Of a stretch of 48,789 bases of DNA, positions 9,773 through 20,484 are shown piece by piece. Numbering within the stretch: position 1 is the first letter of the stretch; every line of letters starts with the position of its first letter. The position numbers were made by a program, and so were the translations under genes. The notes under the pieces were generated by a model that saw only the letters and a list, made by a program, of their open reading frames with translations, made no database searches and was not told where the DNA came from. Origin of the DNA: an uncultured Nitrososphaeraceae archaeon (GTDB taxonomy: Archaea; Thermoproteota; Nitrososphaeria; Nitrososphaerales; Nitrososphaeraceae). The stretch lies in the NCBI GenBank assembly GCA_963837175.1, contig CAWIMJ010000036.1, forward strand, positions 1 to 48,789, written 5' to 3'.

Positions 9773-10043
9773 TACCTCCACTACGTCCACCATCTCCACT
9801 TTTGCTTATTTTGATAAAAGGAGCTTGATTTGAGCTTATTTTGGTGGAGGTATTGTAAGTAGATATCTCCACTTTAGTAAAGGTATCTCCACCATAAGCA
9901 GAGTTAGCCGACTGAATTAATTGGTGGAGGTATCTGTTTCTGGTGGAGGTTTTGCAAACAGTATTAAAGAATACCTCCACCAATCTTTAGGAAATTTGAG
10001 CACACAATAGGCTTTGGTGGAGGTAGTGGATATAGTGGAGGTA
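9773..10043. repeat. Iteron-like array of 12 GTGGA(GGTA) units in both orientations, bounded by 27-bp imperfect inverted triplets
   Basis: Units at ~9775, 9785, 9792, 9843, 9864, 9884, 9923, 9942, 9972, 10016, 10026 and 10035. Confidence 0.85.
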
Positions 10044-10105
10044 TTTTTCCATAACTTGTATGATATGCATATATCCCAATATTTGAATCTAAATAACCCT
10101 TATTA

Positions 10106-10916
10106 TCAGACTGTTGGAATCGTTCCGCCATCAATCACATACTCACTTCCATTGATTGACTGTGCCCTATCCGAAACCAAAAATGCGACTAGTTCCGCTA
10201 CCTCTTCAGGACGTCCCGGACGACCAATAGGAATACCACCAAGGGATTTCATTAACTCCTGACGTGCAGCCTCCATGTCAGTTCCGGTTTGTTTGGATAA
10301 ACGCTCGATGAGTGCTTGAGCAGCAGATGTCTCTATGAATCCCGGAGCAACAGTGTTGACACGAACTCCTTTTGGGCCAACTTCGTTTGATAATCCCTTG
10401 CTATAAGTTGTTAGCGCTGCCTTTGCAGGCAGCATATGCCAATGTTGCTTCATATAGTGGAAGCCTTCGTTGAATAGAAGAGACATGGATAATCACACCA
10501 GAGCCTTGCTTGAGCATTCCAGGTAGTAAGCCTCGGTCCAACCTAACAGCAGCCATTAGATTTATGTTCAGTTCTTTTTGCCATTCCTCATCACTCAAAG
10601 CAGCAAAGCCTCCGCTTGGTGCAGAAGATGCTCCTACAACACTTACAAGAATGTCAATGCCACCAAAACGAGAATTGATTTCATTGACTACTTTTGTGCA
10701 TCCGGCTCCCGTGCTGAGGTCAGCTGGAATAAATACAATCTTACGGTCTGTATAGAAATCACTAGAATTTGTAGGTTTACGTGCTGTAGTTATAACTTTG
10801 GCTCCTCCATCAAGAAGTCGTATTACTACGGCTTTGCCAATTCCGGCAGTCCCACCTGTGACAAGGACTCGTTTTCCACTAAATTCATTTACAATAAATG
10901 GAAATTTGCTTGCTAT
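10106..10916 (-). pseudogene. SDR family oxidoreductase (frameshifted, start codon ATA)
   Basis: VLVTGGTAGIG Rossmann motif, YAA(A)K interrupted by a one-base insertion at ~10430, [16 protein letters not shown]-terminus. Confidence 0.88.
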
Positions 10917-11097
10917 GGTAATCCTCTGTTTATGAATGTTTTAAATTTTGCCTTATCCAATTATATTTACCACTCTATTAAAAATGATAGAACTCCAATC
11001 GTTTGTGCTATAAAGTTTGGAATCTAATTCGGTACGCTTGACTGTATCCATGACTCATAGGACCAGCTAAGATACCATACTATTTGCGTATGACGTC

Positions 11098-11612
11098 TAT
11101 CTTTCAGAAGAACTACTAAACCTAAACACGACAGTGTTATCTGTTATGGTAAAATCTAATTTTATTTTAAACATTTCTTCCAATATGTACCGAAAGATCT
11201 CTTTCACGAAATAGGAATAGTTCTTCCCATATCATGTTGAATAATAAGATTGTGGACTTCATTGGTGACTTCATGTTTATAAGCGAAAGAAGATATTCGT
11301 GACCAATTCTCTAGGACGTTTAAAAAGGATGAAAGGGTAAATTCCCCACTTAATAATAGCCCTATGTCTACATCTCTCTTGGCTATAATGATAGCAAGGT
11401 CCGAGATTTCCTCTTCTGTGAGTTTACTGAGAATCCCACTCATAGTAGACCTTGGAACATGAAATAACTTGGCTTGGGCAGCATACGTATGCCAATCCAA
11501 ATGATCTTTGATGATCTGATTTACTAGTGTATTCAAACTTACCTGTTTCTTTTTTGATTCTTCGCGCAGCTGATTTATGGAACGTGAGGGAGCTCTAAAT
11601 GTTACCGTAATC
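11098..11612 (-). pseudogene. Thaumarchaeal hypothetical protein with ribbon-helix-helix-like N-terminus (frameshifted, 5'-truncated)
   Basis: TVTFR....INQLREESKKKQVSLNTLVNQIIKDHLDW...IIQHDMG, continuing in another frame as YFVKEIFRYILEEMFKIKLDFTITDNTVVFRF. Confidence 0.6.
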
Positions 11613-11626
11613 TATCGCTATTGGAA

Positions 11627-11645
11627 TGGTGGACTGGGCGGGATT
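11627..11645 (-). other. tRNA 3'-end fragment (Ala-like), putative att scar
   Basis: Minus strand reads AATCCCGCCCAGTCCACCA: end of T-loop, T-stem strand, acceptor strand, discriminator and CCA; no 5' half present. Confidence 0.7.
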
Positions 11646-11742
11646 ATATCCCTTGTGGTAAAGGAGTTCAATTCATTTTATTTCAATTTGATTCAAATTG
11701 AGCCCTTTTATGAAATTGATTAAAGTTGCTAATGAGAGATTG

Positions 11743-11978
11743 TTATTGAAATACATTGCCAATAATTTGAACAGCAAATCCAATAACCATAAGACCAGCT
11801 CCTATCTGGGCTATGCGTGTTTCCTTAAGCCTATGTCTTTCTTCCTCTGGATTATATCTCTTCCAGTATTAGATTGTTTTTTTATTGTTTTTTTACTACG
11901 AAAGATTCTTCCGTACGCAATCAAAAATGATGCTATTAAGTTTAGTATAAGACCTATAATTACAATATTGTTTGGCAT
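11743..11978 (-). pseudogene. Small two-TM membrane protein with one frameshift
   Basis: MPNNIVIIGLILNLIASFLIAYGRIFRSKK... then YNPEEERHRLKETRIAQIGAGLMVIGFAVQIIGNVFQ* in a shifted frame. Confidence 0.5.
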
Positions 11979-12120
11979 ACTACAATAATCGCTCCAGTTA
12001 CCTTTTTTTCTCTTAGTCTTTCAAAGATTATGCATATAATCATTTCTTGTATTTCTATACCGTAAAGCTGGGCAACTACGGTATCTTATTTTGAATAAAA
12101 CAATGAGATATAACATTTTT

Positions 12121-12294
12121 CGGGTTCGGCGGAATGCAGGACAGATTTGACTCTATTGTGCCACCAAGGATTCATTCTATTTATAGAAATACATTCTCAG
12201 AATACAAAGACTGAGGACGAAGGCGAACTAAATATCTCAGAATCTATATAACAACGTTTTGCCAGACGTAGGAGAACATCTTGTAATTTATTTG
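12121..12294 (-). repeat. Conserved histidine-kinase trailer ending in a tRNA-3'-like site, copy A
   Basis: Highly similar to 31698-31873 and to parts of 14465-14811; similarity stops at cgggttcgg. Confidence 0.85.
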
Positions 12295-13989
12295 TTATTT
12301 GATCGGTAGGCTAAATGCAAAGGTAGCACCTTTTCCATCTGAGTTATTTTCAGCCCATATTTTCCCATCCTGGGCTTTAATTATTCCCTGTGATATGAAT
12401 AATCCAAGTCCAGTACCTTTAAAAGACTTTGTAGCAAACTTTGAAAACAGTCTTGGCAAAATCTCTGAATCTATTCCTGCTCCACTATCTTTCACACTCA
12501 CTATAACATTTCTAGAACTATTAACATAATCTCCTCCTTGTTCTTTTTCTTCTTCTTTATTTCTACCCTTTTTTTGTGTCACTCTTGCAGATACTGATAT
12601 AGTTCCATCTTTAGTGAATTTTATAGCATTATTTAGTAGATTTGCAATAACTTGGTATATTCTTGTTTTATCTGCATCTACAAATATAGCCTCATTTGGT
12701 TCTACAAATAATATTTTTAATTTATTAGAAGAGATTTGTTTTTCAATATCTTTTATAACATTTAATATTTTTTTATTTATATCAAATTTTTCTTTATTTA
12801 AAATTAGAGATCCACTTTCGATTTTTGAAACGTCTAATATATCTTCTGCAATTTGCCTAAGTCTGTTTGAGTTTCTAACAATAACATCTAGAAATTCCTT
12901 TTCTTTTTCTATATTTATAATAGCCCTGTTATTACTATTGTTTGTTTCTCTCTTTCTGAAGAGCAGGAGTTCAGATAGTGTAAGTATGGGCTGTATAGGG
13001 GTTCGCAGTTCATGTGCCGCCACATTTATAAATTCGTCCTTTAATTGATCTTTATGTTTTAGTTCTTCATTTGCATTTTCCAGTTTCTTTGTTAATTCAT
13101 TTTGTTTTTTGATATAGTTCTTTATAGAGTTCACCATAGAATTGAAGGACTCACTTAGAACTGAAAGTTCATCATTACCTCTGCTTTTAACTGATACTTC
13201 AAGATTTCCTCTCCTTACTTCGGACGTTGCTGTAGTTAGAGCAAATATTGGTTTTAATATCTTCATAACAAGGTAAAGCACAACAGCAGCAACTGAAATA
13301 TTTAAAATTGCAAAGATTGTTTGCAGAAACATTAAATTCTGCGAACTATTTCTGGCATATTGTCCTAACTGGGTAACCAATGCATTTGATAAATCTACTA
13401 AAGATAATGCTCTTGTTTCCGATGTTGTTTTTATAGCTTTGTCTATTGCTGTTGTTGTTGTTGTTGCTGCTGCTGTTGGGTTAATTTTTTCATTTGGTTT
13501 GATTATATTGTTTGTTAAGATTGTTTTTAGTGAAACCCATTTCTGATAAATTATATTCCAATCATCAAAAAATTCTAATGGCAACGGTTTTAGATCTACA
13601 TTTGATACCTTTCCACCTTGTCTTAATGCCAAGATGTTTGATTCCAATTGCTGTACTGCAGAGTTGATTTTAGATATATGATCGACTTTAGAAACATCAC
13701 TACTATCCGCTAAAAAATATTCTGACATATGAAGCATGAGATTAGAGGTGAGGTATCGATTCTTTCCTGCAATATTTATTGAATTTCCTAAATAAGTTCC
13801 CTGTGATTCATAGTAAGAGAGTACACTAAAACTGCTAATAATGAAAATAATTTGAATAACAACTAATATTCCTATTTTTAAGCCTATTTTAGAACGTATC
13901 AATCTAAAAGCATTAGTGCCATCGTACTTTAACATGATTATGTATATTGGAGGATGTATTTCAACATTAAGATGATAAGTTATTATCAT
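12295..13989 (-). CDS. Membrane sensor histidine kinase with PilJ/NarX-like extracellular domain and HAMP
   Basis: Two TM segments, SINIAGKNRYL motif, HAMP (DELSVLSESFNSM), AAHELRTP, N/G boxes; true start probably at a later Met. Confidence 0.93.
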   Translation of the reverse strand: MIITYHLNVEIHPPIYIIMLKYDGTNAFRLIRSKIGLKIGILVVIQIIFIISSFSVLSYYESQGTYLGNSINIAGKNRYLTSNLMLHMSEYFLADSSDVSKVDHISKINSAVQQLESNILALRQGGKVSNVDLKPLPLEFFDDWNIIYQKWVSLKTILTNNIIKPNEKINPTAAATTTTTAIDKAIKTTSETRALSLVDLSNALVTQLGQYARNSSQNLMFLQTIFAILNISVAAVVLYLVMKILKPIFALTTATSEVRRGNLEVSVKSRGNDELSVLSESFNSMVNSIKNYIKKQNELTKKLENANEELKHKDQLKDEFINVAAHELRTPIQPILTLSELLLFRKRETNNSNNRAIINIEKEKEFLDVIVRNSNRLRQIAEDILDVSKIESGSLILNKEKFDINKKILNVIKDIEKQISSNKLKILFVEPNEAIFVDADKTRIYQVIANLLNNAIKFTKDGTISVSARVTQKKGRNKEEEKEQGGDYVNSSRNVIVSVKDSGAGIDSEILPRLFSKFATKSFKGTGLGLFISQGIIKAQDGKIWAENNSDGKGATFAFSLPIK

Positions 13990-14464
13990 AAAAGCCCAAA
14001 ATAAGGATATATTCGATTAGAGCTAGACTTAGGTGTGCTACAACATGGCCTCTAAATACACAGTGAAGAGAATTACTATACAAGAAGTAACTAATTAGGA
14101 GGTGAGCTAGTAGCTATAATGATAGATGCACTTACCAAGACGAACCTACGGAAGTATTTCCTGGTGACCCATACCTAATGGCAAATATTGGAACTACCGG
14201 AGATCAGATAAGGACTGAAAAGATAGGAGATGAAGATGAAGAAGGAATTGATAGCAGTAGGGAAAATAATAGAGATAATAGGAGCTATTATTCAATCAAT
14301 CAGCAATATCACCTTTATTCTGACGAAAGCTTTCTGAATTATCCATTCTGTCCATTATCATGTTGATTAAATAGGTTTGGGAATGTCGATGATGACTGGA
14401 GCGATGCTAACGTAGGATTAAACCAAGAAGAATATTCGTGGTGGTAGTTATAAAATTTAATCCA

Positions 14465-14811
14465 CGGGTTCGGTGGGATTCGGGACAGAATTGACTCTAT
14501 TTTTCCACCCGGAAATTTTACATCAGTAGCTGAGATAATTTACATATGTTTATAATACATGTAAATTCTCCTGGTTCGGTGGGATTCGATACACTATAGT
14601 GTATGTAGTCAACTTTCTTCAGCAGGGAACTTTATCAAATGAAAATATCTGCAAAGCAAATCTTCTTTCTGTCCTTCTGGCCTCCCAGGATGCATCTATC
14701 TGTAGAAATTCATTCTCATAGTACAAAGACGGAGGACGAAGGCAAGCTAAATATCTCAATCCATATAACATCATTTTATCAGACATAGGAGAATTTCTTG
14801 TTATTCATTCG
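14465..14811 (-). repeat. Histidine-kinase trailer copy B, containing two tRNA-3'-like sites (14465, 14573)
   Basis: 14465-14512 and ~14685-14811 match copy A/C; extra ggttcggtgggattcga at 14573-14589. Confidence 0.8.
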
Positions 14812-16578
14812 TTATTTGATCGGTAGACTAAATGCAAAGGTAGCCCCTTTATCATTACCATTATTCTCAGCCCATATCTTTCCACCATGAGCTTCTACAA
14901 TATTTTTGCAAATGAATAATCCTAATCCCAGACCGCTACCTTCTAAGGATTTTGTAGCATACTTTGAAAATAATCTAGGTGAAATTTCAGGGTTTATACC
15001 TTCTCCAGTATCCTTAACGCTAATGATAACATGTTGATTACCTTCTTTCCTTTTTATATTAATTGATATACTTCCTTCTTTAGTAAATTTAATAGCATTC
15101 TTTAGTAGATTAGAGATAACTTGAGTTATTCTTCCTTTATCTGCTTTTACTGAAATAATATCATCTTTAACATCATATAGTAGTTTTACTTTCACATTAT
15201 CAATTTGGTCTATGACATCTTGTACTGCATTTAATATTATACCATTTAATTCGAACAGTTCATGGTTTAGTTTTAGTGATCGGCTTTCAATTCTTGTAAC
15301 ATCAAGTATATCTTCTGTAAGTCTTTGCAGTCTTTTTGCGTTTCTGAGTACGATACCAAGTAACGCAAGCTGTTCATCATTTTTTATTTTGGAGCGAAGA
15401 ACCTCAGATATGCCAAGTATAGGCTGAATAGGTGTTCGCAATTCATGTGATGCCACATTGATAAATTCATTCATTATTTTGTCATGTATTTTTAACTGTT
15501 CATTTGCTTCTTTAACTTGTAGATATAATTCAGTTTGTATCCAAAGGTTTTCAAATATAGAAACAAAAGATAGAACTCCTGATTTGCTATTAGAATATAT
15601 TGATAATCCTATTGCTTTGTCGAAAGTATCTTTTGAATCATCCTTTAATTCCATTACTAATGAAACTTTTCTATCGACTACTAAAAATGTGGCTTTATTC
15701 CCTGAAGATTGTTCGATGAATCGAACATCAATATTATTTTGATGACGTTGTCGTTTTAAATCTTGTACTATCTGTTCAGTTGATTTGTGGATAGGCATCA
15801 AGATTCTAATCTTTAGTTTATTGTACTGCTCTTTTGTTAGTACTTCTTTTAACCATTGTATTACTCCTATCTTCTCTTGGCGAATGATAGCATTAATAGT
15901 AGGAAATATCAGCAGTATTTCTTCTGCAGCATCTTTCACAATATTCATATAAAGATCCTTTGCCTTAGATGAATTTTGAATAACTTCAACAATATCTGGT
16001 TTTATTCCTTCTCCCATTTCTCTGATTTTCTGTTCTGCTGGAATTGATTTGCTCCATAAAGCTTCAAACATATATTCCTGCTGTTCTACAATTTCTTTGA
16101 CATTGCTATAGATAAGATGTGGTACTGGTTTTGCTTCTTGCAGAACTGCAGCAGCTACATATTCTTTTTCACTTACTGCCATTGCACCTTTGATTCCATC
16201 TAAATGGCGAACCTCTGCAATTTTCATCAGATCTTTGCAATATGATATGTTTTCTTTGGTAATTTCAGTAGCATATCTTATTCTAATACCCCTTTCTTTC
16301 AGGTCAACTGTTCCTCTTTTTATTGGTTCAACTCCCATCGTTACTGATGGCCCTGTAGAATTTGTACAAACATTCCATGTACTTCTTGTATTAGAGAAAG
16401 ATTGCAAAAGTCTAGCTGTTGTATTCTCTCCTCCATAGAATACCTCTGTACTTTCAGCGGCAGCGATTGCTCTTGCTTTTAGTTCTATTTCTTCTTCTTT
16501 CTCAGTATTGTTTATTGTTATTATTGTTCTATCCTTAGAATCAATACTACTATTTGTTTTGCTATCTTTGACATCCAA
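14812..16578 (-). CDS. Cytoplasmic sensor histidine kinase, paralogue of 6757-8409
   Basis: EVRHLDGIKG N-terminal motif, ASHELRTP, NLLKNAIKFT, DTGEGI, GSGLGLGL. Confidence 0.95.
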   Translation of the reverse strand: MDVKDSKTNSSIDSKDRTIITINNTEKEEEIELKARAIAAAESTEVFYGGENTTARLLQSFSNTRSTWNVCTNSTGPSVTMGVEPIKRGTVDLKERGIRIRYATEITKENISYCKDLMKIAEVRHLDGIKGAMAVSEKEYVAAAVLQEAKPVPHLIYSNVKEIVEQQEYMFEALWSKSIPAEQKIREMGEGIKPDIVEVIQNSSKAKDLYMNIVKDAAEEILLIFPTINAIIRQEKIGVIQWLKEVLTKEQYNKLKIRILMPIHKSTEQIVQDLKRQRHQNNIDVRFIEQSSGNKATFLVVDRKVSLVMELKDDSKDTFDKAIGLSIYSNSKSGVLSFVSIFENLWIQTELYLQVKEANEQLKIHDKIMNEFINVASHELRTPIQPILGISEVLRSKIKNDEQLALLGIVLRNAKRLQRLTEDILDVTRIESRSLKLNHELFELNGIILNAVQDVIDQIDNVKVKLLYDVKDDIISVKADKGRITQVISNLLKNAIKFTKEGSISINIKRKEGNQHVIISVKDTGEGINPEISPRLFSKYATKSLEGSGLGLGLFICKNIVEAHGGKIWAENNGNDKGATFAFSLPIK

Positions 16579-17270
16579 GAATGGGTTAGTGTTGTTATTC
16601 TTCTTCTCTTCTTTAATATTACTGTTTTTTATTATAGTCGGGATTCATCATCAACTTACTACCATTACTATAGTATACAACTTATTATCCCAATGTATGT
16701 ATATTGATCCCTACTTAAACACCTATGTTATTTGTTTGAAAGTATGATAAAAGAGCTAGTAAGATGAAGCAGCCAAAAATAAGTTCTCATCTGCCTAAGA
16801 AGTAACTTGTATCAAAGATATTTGAAAAACTTGGTTTGTTGTTGTTGTTTAGTTAGAGGTCATTTCTAATCTCACAACTAAAAACGCAAGATCCCAATAT
16901 CGACTTTACTATTATAATAAATATCTAAATCTTTTATTCTGAAATTATCACTTTGATTCGATGGGCTTGGAATATAGATGTGAACTATTAATGAAACAGA
17001 ATCGGGCCCATGGGATCGGGAATCAAGCATTGATATAATTTATGTGCTGAAATGACAATAATCAAAAGTTTTTTCTCATGACGATATGACTTCTATTATA
17101 AAATGTAGGTTCCTGTTGTTTGACTGTTCATTTAAAACGCTGTGATCGTTACTTTGATATACTTTCTCTTTCTCATATTAACCTTTTAGAAGTCTTTGAT
17201 AATCTAATCCTTAATTATTCTCTTACTTGTATTTTTCTTGTTGCTAATTATAACTTGTATATATATCTAG

Positions 17271-17519
17271 CTAAACACCAGGACCTACAGCAGGATCCCA
17301 GTCTGGGTTGCCGTCTCCATCCATGTCAGAAGTACTATCTACACCTTCATAGTCAGATTCATCTTCTTCTCCTGATATTTCTTCTTCAGATTTTTTTGTC
17401 ATTCTTACTGGCTTTTCGTCCTCCGGTCTAACTATTGCTTCTTTTGGAACATCAGGAAATTCTCCTTTTTTACTATCTTCTTGTGCACTTGCATTATTAG
17501 TATCGGTATCCGCAACCAT
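17271..17519 (-). CDS. Small acidic hypothetical protein (82 aa)
   Basis: MVADTDTNN...DMDGDGNPDWDPAVGPGV; the upstream extension to 17750 looks non-coding. Confidence 0.55.
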   Translation of the reverse strand: MVADTDTNNASAQEDSKKGEFPDVPKEAIVRPEDEKPVRMTKKSEEEISGEEDESDYEGVDSTSDMDGDGNPDWDPAVGPGV

Positions 17520-18033
17520 ATATCTCAGTGATAATAGCTTGTACGCCACACATGATTTAACAATTTCATAAAGCGCCAAGATTGGAATGGGCCGGGTCGT
17601 TTGTGAACTGTTGTCGACACAAATTTGTGGCCCATTGGTGCTAATCAATTTAACATGATTTTTAGAACTCTCATTGATCTGCTTTACTAACCGTTGAGGA
17701 ATTGGCGAAAACTTGGAAAGAATATTTGCTTCGAGTATACTATATTCCATATCTACATCCTTGACGATTAGCTTAAATGAACTAAGGTTCTGTTTAGCTT
17801 TATCTCATTAATCTCATTACATCATCTTGGGTTCCTCCCCTATAAACTACATCAATATTGCATGACATATTTTCTCTACCGATTTTGCAACTGATATCTT
17901 ATACTTTTCATCAGAGAGTCAATAAGTTCGGCTGAAACACTTAGTCCATAAGAGCGATCCTGGCATTGGAGAGATCTTTAATATGAACGGTTCAGTTATC
18001 ATCTCATTATTTATATGACTGGACATATAGAAT

Positions 18034-19407
18034 GTGACCCAAATTATGCTCTCTATAGTTAGTGTATTAAGTGGTAGCAAGCAGGCACTTGTACTAATTT
18101 TACTTATGGCTGTTGTTACTATAGTGGACTCTCAGTTCATTAACATTTTCTATGGAACTGATTTAGGAACTCCTGGCAATTTGCATTTGTTATTGTTTGT
18201 ATCATTTGTTATTATTGCTTCAATAATTAATACCATATTGCTGCTATTCGTCAAAAGAAATGATATTTATTCGACAACTAGTAGATCATTGTTGTTTAGA
18301 GTTGCTTATATTGGTACATCCATAGTTCAATACACTATATCGCTTGTATTGTTTATCACGATCTCAGAGATGCTCATTTTCCATGAATATAACAAGATAT
18401 TCTCATTATTAGTAGTCTTTCTCAGTCATTTTTGGTCAGCTATTATACTTGGAATTCTATCTTTAAGATTTATACAATGGTTTAGATTTGCTATATCATT
18501 TTCAATCCTAATTTATGGAGTTGTTTTCAGTATGATTCTATTTCTAATTTTACTCACGATTCCATTGCTTACACAACAGTTTACGAATCAGTCCCAGTTG
18601 ATATACCCCAGAGATTATACATCTCTAATTACGGCAGTAATTGTTCCTTCCCGTGACATTGCATTCATTTATGGACTGGGAAACTATGTTTTACCTCTGC
18701 TGATAATACCTTCATGGATCCTCACAGTTTTGTTACTTAAACCCTATGCAAACAGAATTGGGAAGAAGAAATTCTGGCTAATAGTTAGCATTCCATTACT
18801 CTACCAACTTTTCACATTTATCGTAAGAGATACAAACTTAGTAACTGATCCTACCCTAGTTCAAATTATATACTCCCAGCAATTCCAGGTCATCTTCGGA
18901 ATTAGCTATCAAGTATCTGGGTTATTTTTCGCTATTGCCTTCTTGAGTATTGGAAGAAAAATGAAACGAAAAGGCTTGAAAAACTATTTGATAATTTCTT
19001 CCATAGGTATCGTCTCATTATTTTGTTCAATGCAACCAGGAATGCCATTCTATGCGGTTTATCCCCCATTTGGACTTGTCACACTTTTGTTCTTAGGACT
19101 ATCATCATATATGCTTCTTGTTGGAATGCTAGGATGTGCAGCATATGTTTCTAGAGATAGTGAATTACGACGAGAGATCTATAAAGGCTTAGAAGTTGAT
19201 GCTGATGTCTTGAAGAAGATAGGAATGGCAGAAACTCAACGAGAAATAGAAAAGAGGGTCCTACCACTTGCCGACAAAATCAAATTGTCGGATGAGATGA
19301 GAAGCCGTATGGATACAGATCCTGACAAAGAAGATGTAAAACTAATGATAGAGGAGGTATTGAATGAGATACATAAGGGATCACGCATTAAACCAGGTCA
19401 TCGATAA
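18034..19407 (+). CDS. Polytopic membrane protein (~10 TM) with charged cytoplasmic C-terminal domain
   Basis: 457 aa of alternating hydrophobic segments; tail DSELRREIYK..LKKIGMAETQREIEK..EDVKLMIEEVLNEI. Confidence 0.85.
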   Translation: MTQIMLSIVSVLSGSKQALVLILLMAVVTIVDSQFINIFYGTDLGTPGNLHLLLFVSFVIIASIINTILLLFVKRNDIYSTTSRSLLFRVAYIGTSIVQYTISLVLFITISEMLIFHEYNKIFSLLVVFLSHFWSAIILGILSLRFIQWFRFAISFSILIYGVVFSMILFLILLTIPLLTQQFTNQSQLIYPRDYTSLITAVIVPSRDIAFIYGLGNYVLPLLIIPSWILTVLLLKPYANRIGKKKFWLIVSIPLLYQLFTFIVRDTNLVTDPTLVQIIYSQQFQVIFGISYQVSGLFFAIAFLSIGRKMKRKGLKNYLIISSIGIVSLFCSMQPGMPFYAVYPPFGLVTLLFLGLSSYMLLVGMLGCAAYVSRDSELRREIYKGLEVDADVLKKIGMAETQREIEKRVLPLADKIKLSDEMRSRMDTDPDKEDVKLMIEEVLNEIHKGSRIKPGHR

Positions 19408-19686
19408 TGCTGAAATTGGTAAATATTCTATTCTAAGTAACATTACGAATAAAACGCCAACCTATGAGTTAATATTTTCAATAGCTGGAACATATGAAAA
19501 TTCTGTTCAATTAGTTCTTATATGATTGTGACTACAATCAATCTGCTAAGAATGAAACTATCTCCAACCTTCAACACTGGCAGATTACCGCAATAAATTA
19601 ACAAATATTATCTCTCACATATTATTTGGTCGGAGTTATAAAAAGGTTATATCAATTAGTTCACAAACTTCAATAGTGTTAAACTG

Positions 19687-20484
19687 ATGCATATATCATC
19701 TCTTTATAATAGCATAAGATTAGACATTCGGAAGATGATATTCTTAATTCTATTAACGACAACCATCTTTATTATTACTAGTAGTAGCCTTTCAAAGAAC
19801 TTATACGCTAGTCCCTCTGGTATTGGTTTTTATTCTCCTAGTTCCCCACCATCTGGAGTTAAATCGCTTGAACCTTTAATAGCAAAGTGGTGGAATTGGG
19901 AGATTACCAACCCTAGTACTATTGATAATAATTGGCCTCAATGTCTTAAAGGAGATGGTGGAGTCATAGGTAATAACCAATCTGTAGTCTTTCTGGGAAA
20001 TCCCTCCTTTGCGGTAGCAAAAAACGTGAATGCAAGAAACCAAAAATGTGAAATATCTTCTAGTCAACTACTCTACTTGACTGTATATCCAGGTGAATGT
20101 TCTACAGGATCAAAACCTCATGAAGGAGAGTATCCGGATACGAAGTCCCCTGCTGATCTTTTAAAATGCGCACAAGATGCAAACAAAGAGATTAAATTGA
20201 TGCAAGTCAAGGTTGACGGCCAGGATGTTTCATCTAATATTGTCCGTCAAACTACCTCTAAACCATTCAATCTTATTGTGCCTCCCGATAATCCTTTTGA
20301 GTGGAAAGCGCCTATTGTTGGTGGAAATAATACATCAATGGCTGAAGATTATTATCTGTTCTTCAAACCATTGCCAGTTGGAGATCATACGATAGAATTG
20401 CATGTAATACGAAAACCCCTTCAAGCTAACCAACCTGTCGAAAATGACATTGCTAAGTGGAATATTAAGGTAGTCCCTGAATGA
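19687..20484 (+). CDS. Secreted Cys-containing hypothetical protein (KWWNW family)
   Basis: Signal-like segment; AKWWNW, C..VVFL, GECS, YLFFKPLPVGDH; paralogue of 22647-23360. Confidence 0.85.
   Translation: MHISSLYNSIRLDIRKMIFLILLTTTIFIITSSSLSKNLYASPSGIGFYSPSSPPSGVKSLEPLIAKWWNWEITNPSTIDNNWPQCLKGDGGVIGNNQSVVFLGNPSFAVAKNVNARNQKCEISSSQLLYLTVYPGECSTGSKPHEGEYPDTKSPADLLKCAQDANKEIKLMQVKVDGQDVSSNIVRQTTSKPFNLIVPPDNPFEWKAPIVGGNNTSMAEDYYLFFKPLPVGDHTIELHVIRKPLQANQPVENDIAKWNIKVVPE

Noticed and set aside
9773-10043. CRISPR array
   Set aside because: Units are about 9 bp, in mixed orientation and irregularly spaced; no cas genes in the window.
11698-11988. 96-aa plus-strand ORF
   Set aside because: The opposite strand gives a more protein-like two-TM product.
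14178-14366. 62-aa ORF
   Set aside because: No recognisable motif; may be a remnant but cannot be supported.
11627-14604. Intact tRNA genes
   Set aside because: Only 3' arms are present; no D-arm, anticodon arm or matching 5' acceptor strand was found.
12299-16747. Several plus-strand ORFs within the kinase genes
   Set aside because: Antisense shadows; their mutual similarity only reflects kinase paralogy.
17001-17020. cgggcccatgggat as another tRNA 3' scar (similarly 17586-17598)
   Set aside because: GC-rich and suggestive, but arm spacing and T-loop do not fit well enough.
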